This document shows, piece by piece, positions 1 to 6,790 of a stretch of 11,963 bases of DNA. Both the position numbers and the translations under genes were made by a program. The notes under the pieces are model-generated. The model had not been told where the DNA came from, searched no databases, and saw only the letters and a list, made by a program, of their open reading frames with translations. Origin of the DNA: an uncultured bacterium (GTDB lineage: Bacteria > Hinthialibacterota > Hinthialibacteria > Hinthialibacterales > Hinthialibacteraceae). The stretch covers positions 1 to 11,963 of the forward strand of contig CAZXSQ010000191.1 of NCBI GenBank assembly GCA_964643335.1. The letters are read 5' to 3'. How positions within the stretch are numbered: position 1 is the stretch's first letter; each line of letters opens with the position of its first letter.

Positions 1-402
1 TCTTCAATGTTGATCGGTCTTATCCGTTCATTTTGGGCATACATTTACATGGCTCCAAATTCATAGAAATGAGATTAAAATAACATGAATATCCCCGATT
101 TAAGCGGAGTAAAAATGGCGCATGGGTTCAAACGGCAGGATAATTTGGGGTAAAATTTCAATATACCTCAACCCATTACTAACAAAAGCCGCCGTTAAAC
201 AGGATCCATAAGAAACGACGCGCCAAAAAGAGAAAACAACTTATTATTATACTTTATAATATGTTACGAATCAATGGAATCGTTATTCATGTATAGCCGG
301 ATTAAAATAATGGCAAAAATGTAATCAGACATTAATAAATCAGGAGCATTTTTTCATTATAAATAATATAAAGCAATTAAATATAAATCATTAAGTATCA
401 AT

Positions 403-1230
403 ATGATGAATAAACTATGTACCCTCAAAACTTTCTTTTATTCCTGTTTATTTTTGGCGCATATTATCTCCATTCCATCGTATAGCGGCATCACTTGTTT
501 GGATACTGATCAAGTAAAGAAACTTAAATTGTTAACTCAAAGCCGAACCATGATGAGGAATGGTTCGGAGACCAAACAATTATATCCGCCAGTCTCAGAT
601 GCCACTCAAGAAATGTTCGTCTGGCGGCAGATTTTTGCCGATATTGTCCAGAACAAGATTTTGGCCAAATCGATATTCAGTTCAAGCCAGCCTGCTAAGT
701 TTTCTTCCCCTCAACTGGTTACGCTTTATGAGGAAGAAAAAGTGACAACCATTGATCACAAGCAAAAACGGATTTCTGTTCAAAGAATAGATGCCAATCA
801 GCTTGATAGAATTTCCCTAGTTTTTGCCGGCCGTTTGTATAAGAACAAGATCGTGAGTGATCTTATTCAAAATGCAAGCCGTGAAGGCCATATGATACAA
901 CAAGATGGGACAAAGATGTTTGATACGCAACTTCCAGGAGTCTCTGCGACTGTTACATTGTTTTTGAATAAAAAATTGCAGTTAACCAAAATCAAAGAAA
1001 ACAATCGAATAATAACTTATGATTGGAAAGAGACCGGAGTGGATAATTTTGCCTACGTCCATCATTCATCAACAGTAATATCTCAATCCGGGAAAAAATT
1101 CTATATTGAAGAATGGGTTCGGAACATTGTAATCAATCCACCATTCGCTTCGAATTTATTCAAAATCCAATATCCTGAAAATTATGAGATGAAAGATATG
1201 CGAAAGTTGCTTACTCCACCCAAATTTTAA
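403..1230 (+). CDS. Hypothetical secreted protein, 275 aa. The N-terminus has a K-rich n-region followed by the hydrophobic core FFYSCLFLAHIISIP, consistent with a Sec signal peptide. The C-terminal half is beta-rich and may have a LolA-like fold.
   Basis: Long ORF whose N-terminus looks like a signal peptide. GC is much lower (about 33-35%) than the rest of the window. There is no clear Shine-Dalgarno sequence before the tandem ATG ATG start, which lowers confidence. No family could be recognised by eye. Confidence 0.55.
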   Translation: MMNKLCTLKTFFYSCLFLAHIISIPSYSGITCLDTDQVKKLKLLTQSRTMMRNGSETKQLYPPVSDATQEMFVWRQIFADIVQNKILAKSIFSSSQPAKFSSPQLVTLYEEEKVTTIDHKQKRISVQRIDANQLDRISLVFAGRLYKNKIVSDLIQNASREGHMIQQDGTKMFDTQLPGVSATVTLFLNKKLQLTKIKENNRIITYDWKETGVDNFAYVHHSSTVISQSGKKFYIEEWVRNIVINPPFASNLFKIQYPENYEMKDMRKLLTPPKF

Positions 1231-1377
1231 TCGGTCTGCTATTCAAGGTATCTATATCCAGACTATTTGACTTCTTCCCATTAAATGAAATATATATATC
1301 ATTTATACTGAATAAATAAGTAATTTTATTTTTAAAATCGGTTTAATACTTGTGAACGAATAATAAACAATATTCAA

Positions 1378-1385
1378 AAAGGAGG
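1378..1385 (+). promoter_or_regulatory. Strong Shine-Dalgarno sequence (AAAGGAGG) 8 nt upstream of the EncFtn ATG. An AT-rich putative promoter lies between about 1260 and 1375.
   Basis: The sequence aaaaaggaggtatagggaATG is seen directly. TTGACT at 1266-1271 is a candidate -35 box. The promoter boxes were not assigned with confidence. Confidence 0.6.
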
Positions 1386-1393
1386 TATAGGGA

Positions 1394-1774
1394 ATGCCAA
1401 CCGGCTATCATGAATCAGAAGCTGAACTTTCTCAAGAGACCAAAGAAATCCATCGAGTTTTAGCGAGTTTTATTGAAGAATTGGAAGCAGTGGATTGGTA
1501 TCACCAACGGGTGGACGTTACCCAGGATGAGTCTGTCAAGGCCATACTGGCCCATAATCGTGATGAAGAAATCGAACATGCCGTGATGTGCCTCGAATGG
1601 CTGCGGCGGCATATGCCAAAATTCGACGAAGAACTCAGAACCTATCTCTTTACGAGAGACCCGATTACTGAATTGGAAAATGGAGAGGAAGAAGGCGAAG
1701 AAACTCAAACTGAATCCCAAGGGAAACAAGGGGGGACGCTCGGAATAGGAAAAATCCAAAAGGAGGAAAAATAA
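1394..1774 (+). CDS. Encapsulated ferritin-like cargo protein (EncFtn family), 126 aa, with a C-terminal encapsulin targeting peptide (…GGTLGIGKIQKEEK).
   Basis: The translation ...IEELEAVDWYHQRVDV...ILAHNRDEEIEHAVMCLEWLRRH...LRTYLFT closely matches the remembered Rhodospirillum rubrum EncFtn (…EELEAVDWY.QRVD…ILAHNRDEE.EHA.M.LEWLRR…LRTYLFT). It has the E…E..W entry site and the ExxH (EIEH) ferroxidase-centre motifs. The acidic, Gly-rich C-terminal linker ends in TLGIGKI, matching the family-1 cargo-loading peptide consensus (SLGIGSL / GGDLGIRK type). A strong Shine-Dalgarno sequence is present. The stop codon TAA abuts the downstream ATG. Confidence 0.88.
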   Translation: MPTGYHESEAELSQETKEIHRVLASFIEELEAVDWYHQRVDVTQDESVKAILAHNRDEEIEHAVMCLEWLRRHMPKFDEELRTYLFTRDPITELENGEEEGEETQTESQGKQGGTLGIGKIQKEEK

Positions 1775-2581
1775 ATGGTTGATATTCTCAGACGCTCTTT
1801 TGCACCTATAACAGAAGATGCCTGGAGTGAAATAGAAGATACCGCCAAGGATGTGCTGCGCACTTTTTTAACCGCTCGGAAACTCGTCGATGTCGATGGC
1901 CCGAATGGGTGGGAACAGGCGGCGGTCAATCTCGGCAAGCTCAAGGTAGTTCAAAATGAACCCATTGAAGATGTTCACTGGGGGAAGCGTGATGTATTGC
2001 CTTTAATAGAGTTGCGAATACCTTTTTTCCTGAACCAAATGGAAGTGGATACAATTGAACGCGGTTCAAAGGACGCTGACCTTGAACCTCTGGAAACAGC
2101 GGCTAAAAAAATCGCCAAATTTGAAGACATGGCCATCTTCAATGGATTTAAAGATGGAGGAATCGGTGGAATTCTGGATAGCTCGCCTCATTCCGCCATT
2201 CAATTATCCAATGAAGCCGATCAATTTCCAAAATCGGTTGCTGAAGCAGTAATCGTCCTCAAACAGGAGGGAATACCCGGTCCATATTCATTGGTGCTTG
2301 GGACTAAACCTTATGAAATCTTGAACCGGACAGTCGGATGTGGTTATCCTCCACAAAAGATGATCGATCAGCTACTTCTCGGTGGAGACACGCTATGGAG
2401 CCCCGCTGTAGAAGGAGGTGTGCTTATATCGGCACGAGGCGGAGATTTCGAATTAACCATTGGTCAAGATTTGTCAATTGGTTATGCCAACCACGACCGT
2501 GAGAAAATCGAACTTTATTTAACTGAAAGTCTTACATTCAGAGTGATTGAACCGGCAGCCGCCGTTCCGTTCACCTTATAA
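1775..2581 (+). CDS. Family 1 encapsulin nanocompartment shell protein (HK97-fold, linocin M18-like), 268 aa.
   Basis: The translation aligns along its whole length with the remembered Thermotoga maritima encapsulin (LKRSFAPLTE / [40 protein letters not shown] / [24 protein letters not shown]; C-terminal TFRVIEP / TFQVVNP). The ATG follows the EncFtn stop codon immediately (taaATG), and the AGGAGG Shine-Dalgarno sequence lies inside the end of the upstream gene, indicating translational coupling. Its size fits a T=1-type shell. Confidence 0.93.
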   Translation: [268 protein letters not shown]

Positions 2582-2601
2582 GATTACATCATCAAAAAAA
2601 G

Positions 2602-2646
2602 AAATTCCCCCTCATACTTGAATAAAATGAGGGGGAATTTTTCTTG
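2602..2646 (+). terminator. Rho-independent terminator closing the encapsulin operon. It has a perfect 14-bp stem (aaattccccctcat / atgagggggaattt), an 11-nt loop and a T-tract. An A-tract upstream makes it potentially bidirectional.
   Basis: The inverted repeat and the following tttttcttgatttt are seen directly in the sequence. Confidence 0.85.
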
Positions 2647-2760
2647 ATTTTATATAATCCTTGCTATCCACTTCAAAAATTTCCATAAATTAGCCATTAT
2701 AAAGAAGCTTATTGTATACAACTACTATCTTTTCGCCGCAGCGGCAAAGGGAGGACAACA

Positions 2761-4254
2761 ATGCGCACTACTCCTATTGGCATAGCCATGTTAAATGATG
2801 AACGGGAACATGTATGGAAAGAAAATAATCCGGAAAATATGTCCGTTGTGAACGCATGGGCCGACTTTATCAAAAAGAACCTTAAAAACATCGATGATTC
2901 GGCTCCGGAAATCATTACCGGCAGTGAGATTATCACTGGTGTCCGGTCAGCTCAGAAAGTTGGTGAAGAACTCGCTCGAGCCAATGTAAAACAAGTCATC
3001 ATGCTGTACAACGTTTGGAATTTCCCTTTTCTTTGCTGGCCTTTTTTGAACAGTATTGGGGATGTGCCGGTTTTAAGCCTATCCAACAATAATGGAGAGT
3101 TTCCGGGAAATGTCGGTCTTCTAGCCACTGATGGAGCTCTACGGCAGGCGGGAAAGCGTACCCACAGGATTATCGGCGATTTAGAAGATAAAAAAACACA
3201 AAACAAGGTATTAAGTTGGATTCGCGCCAGCCAGGCTGCTACGACGATCAAAAATGAGGTTTTGGGAAGCTACGGCGGGCATTCGATGGGTATGGAAACC
3301 GGCTTTGCTCATTTGACCCCAACATTGAAATGCCTCGGCACGACTGTCCGTCAAATCGATCAGCTGTGGCTGCTGAAAGTCATGGAAACCGTCGATAAAA
3401 ACGAAGTAAAAGAAGGCCGGGAATGGTTCGAGAAACTCTTAGGGAAACGGTTAAAATACGACGGCAAGATGTTGACTCCGGAAACTCTGGAAAACCAGAT
3501 TGCTCTTTATTTAGCCATGCGGGAAGTCAATGAAGACAAAGGCTTTGACTTCTGCGGTCTCAAGGGGCAGCGTGAATTGACGGAACATGTCTGTCTGGGA
3601 GATGTTCCCGAGATGCTAATGAACGATCCTTACGATTGGAATGGGCCGAAAGAATCCATCGTCTGCGCAACCGAAGCGGATGCCTATGCCGCCGTGACAA
3701 TGCAGCTGATGAAATATATCAGTGGAGGTCTTCCAACATTGTTCATGGATGTGCGGCTGTATCACCCTGATCTGGACATATGGGATTGGTGCAATTCAGG
3801 AAACCACGCCAGCTGGTTTGCGGCTAAAAGCATGAAACCTGAGAACAATTTCAAATCCATCACCTTCCATCCTGCGCTTGAATTTTATTTCAAAGCGGGG
3901 GGGGCATCGGTTGAGTTCGATGCCGCACCAGGGCAAATGACATTTGCGCGGCTGGGATTGTGGGATGAGAAGCCGTATATGGTAATCGTGCGTGGTGAAT
4001 CTGAAAGACTTCCCGCCGCTCAGCGCAAAAAACTCAATAATATGACCAACCCGACCTGGCCGCACGTGCACGCCAAACTGGAATGCACTTTTGATGAGTT
4101 TGCCGAAGTATTTCCATGCAATCATGTTTTAGGCGTGGATGGCGACAAGGTACAATCGCTGGTATACCTTTGCGAGATTTGCGGGATCGCCCCTGTTGTT
4201 CTCGGCAAAACCAAAGAAGGTCTGGAAACACCTATTTGGGAGCGAGTACGTTGA
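2761..4254 (+). CDS. L-fucose isomerase (FucI-like) sugar isomerase family protein, 497 aa.
   Basis: The translation matches remembered E. coli FucI blocks: [29 protein letters not shown] versus [35 protein letters not shown] versus [18 protein letters not shown] versus NSTWPTTWFAPRL. The conserved Glu (ATE) and Asp (DVR) are present. It has a strong Shine-Dalgarno sequence (GGGAGG). It is shorter than canonical FucI (about 590 aa). No sugar kinase, aldolase or transporter partner lies in the window. Confidence 0.8.
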   Translation: [497 protein letters not shown]

Positions 4255-4284
4255 TCTCCAGTTATAATGGTTTATGTATATTCA

Positions 4285-4305
4285 GGGGCATGAAGATCGT
4301 GCCCC
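4285..4305 (+). other. Small GC hairpin (ggggca-N9-tgcccc) between the fucI-like gene and the next ORF. It could be a weak terminator, an attenuator or an RNA-processing site.
   Basis: A 6-bp inverted repeat is seen directly. It is followed by tattct, which is not a strong U-tract, then by the Shine-Dalgarno sequence of the next gene. Confidence 0.3.
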
Positions 4306-4325
4306 TATTCTAAAGGAGAAAAGCC

Positions 4326-4763
4326 ATGACGGAGTTTCTTCATGGACATATTGTGAGAATATTGGATGATCAACGGCTGGTAATCAACCTGGGAATGGAA
4401 CAAGGGGTTTCTGTGGGGGATCATTTCTTTATTTATGAAGAAGGGGATGAAATCAGTGATCCACAAACGGGAGAATCTCTTGGACGCCTGGAATTGCTGA
4501 AAGCCGAAGTGGAGGCGGTTCACGTTCAGGAAAAAATAACTCTTGTGTCTCCTTTGAAAAAAGACCAACCTCAAAAACAAACCGTTCTTTCAGCCACGTT
4601 AGCCCAGGTATATCAGAGCGATACAGTCGGTGCGGATAAGCAGCGCGGTCACTTGAATGTCAGGCAAAACCAAATCACCGGACTTTATCAGGCTTCACCC
4701 ATTACCGTTGGAGATGCCGTTCGTTCAGCCAAATCCTGGGAAAGTCAACAGGATTCTGTATAA
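4326..4763 (+). CDS. Hypothetical protein, 145 aa. Its N-terminal 70 residues have a small beta-barrel-like pattern (GHIVRILDDQRLVINLGMEQGVSVGDHFFIY…DPQTGESLGRLELLKAEV); the C-terminal half is low-complexity and Q/S/T-rich.
   Basis: ORF with a good Shine-Dalgarno sequence (AAGGAG, 7-nt spacer). No family was recognised. The pattern loosely resembles FeoA/SH3-like or NfeD-type OB/barrel domains. Confidence 0.6.
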   Translation: MTEFLHGHIVRILDDQRLVINLGMEQGVSVGDHFFIYEEGDEISDPQTGESLGRLELLKAEVEAVHVQEKITLVSPLKKDQPQKQTVLSATLAQVYQSDTVGADKQRGHLNVRQNQITGLYQASPITVGDAVRSAKSWESQQDSV

Positions 4764-4788
4764 AGTGATTAAATAACTAATATGCCTC

Positions 4789-4951
4789 GGGAGGGCGAGA
4801 TGGCTCATCAGGAGGGTTTGTCTCAAAACAGGTTAGACACATGGGTTTAACCCTACATATGGTAGGGGTAAACCTATGTGTTTGCCCTATGTTGTGGCAT
4901 CCTCCTCATCTAACATAGTTTTGAGACAAATTCAGGAGATTCGCCCTTCCA
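4789..4951. repeat. Composite, multi-level imperfect palindrome of about 165 nt with MITE-like architecture. It has an outer stem (GGGAGGGCGAGAT / ATTCGCCCTTCC), then 13-bp perfect inverted termini (TTTGTCTCAAAAC at 4817-4829 / GTTTTGAGACAAA at 4918-4930) flanked by direct TCAGGAG repeats (4807-4813 and 4932-4938), then an inner 19-bp near-perfect palindrome centred on CATATG (4838-4880). The right arm carries an asymmetric insertion of about 28 nt containing its own 7-bp hairpin (ctatgtt…aacatag).
   Basis: All repeats were read directly from the sequence. The region is intergenic, between the stop codon of the 145-aa ORF and the asnB start. Confidence 0.55.
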
Positions 4952-4980
4952 TTTAACTCTGTATTGAAAAGAATTTATTT

Positions 4981-6790
4981 ATGTGTGGACTTTGCGGCAT
5001 ACTATACAGCGACAGACAAAAACAGGTCGAGCCAGAATTATTAAGAAAAATGACCGAGGTCATCAGGCATCGAGGTCCTGATGATGAAGGCCAATTAATC
5101 GACGGCTCCATAGGGTTGGGTTCACGAAGGCTGTCGATTTTGGGATTAAATGATGGCCATATGCCGATGTCTACGGAAGATGGAAACATTTGGATCGTTT
5201 ATAACGGTGAGTTGTACAATCACCCTGAAATCAAGCACAACCTATCTTCAAAAGGCCACAAATACCGCACCGGATCCGATACCGAGAGTTTCCTGCATCT
5301 ATATCGGGAATTCGATATTGAGTTTCTTGAGCATACCCGAGGTATGTTTGCTCTGGCTTTGTGGGACCGTCCGCGACAACGGCTTATACTAGCCCGGGAC
5401 CGGCTGGGGATCAAACCTTTATATTACCATCTTGACAGCAAAGCCATTCGTTTCGCTTCGGAGATTAAATCCATACTTTGCGATCCGGAGGTTTCTAGAG
5501 AAATCGATTATGAAGCGCTGAACTTATTTTTGGCTTATCTTGCCACGCCTGCACCTTTTACAATGCTAAAAGGAGTCAAACAGCTTTTCCCAGGTGAAAT
5601 GTTAATCTATCAAGAGGGACAGGTTCAAACACGAACATATTGGCAATCTTCCGAAACGATTATCCCTAATGATATAAAAAACATTGACTCTACAAAACAC
5701 GAACTGGGAGATCGTTTACGCGAAGTGGTTCAAGAACATTTGCTGTCCGATGTGCCGGTCGGGGCGTTTCTTTCAGGGGGGATCGATTCGGGCATTCTGG
5801 TGGGATTGATGAGAGAATTTCTCGGTCCTGGATTTAAAACATTTTCAATAGGATTTCAAGGACACACACTTTTTGACGAAACTCAGCAAGCCCAGTTAAT
5901 GGCTCGGCGTTTTGAAACAGACCATCATGAGCAAATTCTCGCTCCGAATGACTTACTGGAAGCGCTTGATGATATAATTTGGCAGTTGGATGAACCGCTC
6001 GCCGACTCTTCCTGCCTACCGGTCTACTATGTCTCCAAACTGGCATCGCAATATGGAAAAGTGGTTCTTTCAGGTGACGGGGGAGATGAAATCTTTGCAG
6101 GATACCGCAAATACCAGGCGGAATACTATCGCCGTTTTTGTTCTTGGCTTCCCTCCCCTCTTTTAAGATACGTCTCTCATTCAGTCGTACCCCATATTCC
6201 TGAATCCAGGGCCAATTATTGGATGGACCTGCTGCGGCAAGTGAAAAAATTCTTTCGGGGATTCGATCCGGATGCTTTTGAACGTCATTTGGGATGGGCG
6301 ATTCATTTCGAGGATGCCTTGCGGCATCCTATGTTGAATCCGGACATTCGAGAACAAATCAATTTCAATCAACCACGTGATTATCGCCGAAAATTGTATG
6401 ATGAATTACCTCACCAGGAGGAATTGAACAGGATGTTATGGGTGGATTTGCGTCACGGTTTACCGGCGGATATGCTCATGGATTCTTAAGGAAACATTTA
6501 AAGACCTTCTTCCACCTGAAATTTTACACCGCAGAAAACACGGCTTTGATGTCCCAGTGGGTGAATGGTTTAAACATGAATTACGAGAAGTTATAGAGGA
6601 TGTGTGTTCGGAGGCTACCACGAACCGCCGGGGGCTGTTTAACCCCCGGCAGGTCCGCCGCATTATAATGGATCATCAAGACGGGAGAAGAGATTATAAT
6701 AATCAATTATGGATTCTTCTTAGTTTAGAACTCTGGCAACGCCGGTATCTTGATTCAACGCCTGGTTCGATTCCATCCCGGCCCGTTTAA
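4981..6790 (+). pseudogene. asnB: Asparagine synthetase B (glutamine-hydrolysing, Ntn-amidotransferase class), apparently disrupted. Frame 1 stops at 6489 (…LPADMLMDS*) and the C-terminal segment continues in the +1 frame (…LKETFKDLLPPEILHRRKHGFDVPVGEWFKHELREV…LWILLSLELWQRRYL) up to 6790.
   Basis: The N-terminal MCGLCGI (Cys2 nucleophile), SGGIDS PP-loop and the typical C-terminal blocks are present. At the junction, about 45 residues normally carrying the conserved K-DRMSMA-LE-R-PFLD motif are absent and the frame shifts by +1. The Shine-Dalgarno sequence is poor. The combined size would be about 640 aa, like B. subtilis AsnB. Confidence 0.7.

Noticed and set aside
1-44. Possible start of a minus-strand gene running off the left edge (ATG at 42-44 on the reverse strand, preceded by GGAG 8 nt upstream)
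   Set aside because: Only 14 codons are visible. That is too little sequence to support a call.
1460-1944. Minus-strand ORFs of 99 and 79 aa antisense to the EncFtn and encapsulin genes. Similar antisense ORFs lie inside other genes: 560-745, 2055-2252, 2952-3251, 3796-4231, 5150-5414, 6750-7028, 8235-9357, 10226-11257 and 11577-11912.
   Set aside because: They lie wholly inside well-supported genes on the opposite strand or in an alternative frame. They have no ribosome-binding sites and low-complexity translations. These are typical six-frame noise.
2709-2936. A 75-aa minus-strand ORF overlapping the start of the fucI-like gene
   Set aside because: It overlaps a strongly supported plus-strand gene and its Shine-Dalgarno sequence. 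It has no ribosome-binding site of its own.
6482-6560. Programmed +1 ribosomal frameshift in asnB
   Set aside because: The frame change coincides with the loss of about 45 conserved residues. No slippery site or stimulatory structure is evident. A deletion or pseudogene explains the data better.
6761-6790. GGTTCGATTCC, a textbook tRNA T-loop sequence, followed by ccggccc
   Set aside because: The flanking T-stem pairs only 3 bp. No complementary 5' acceptor strand, D-arm or anticodon arm lies 60-90 nt upstream. The motif lies inside the asnB C-terminal coding remnant, where it encodes PGSIPS. It appears to be a coincidental match rather than a tRNA or tRNA-derived att site.
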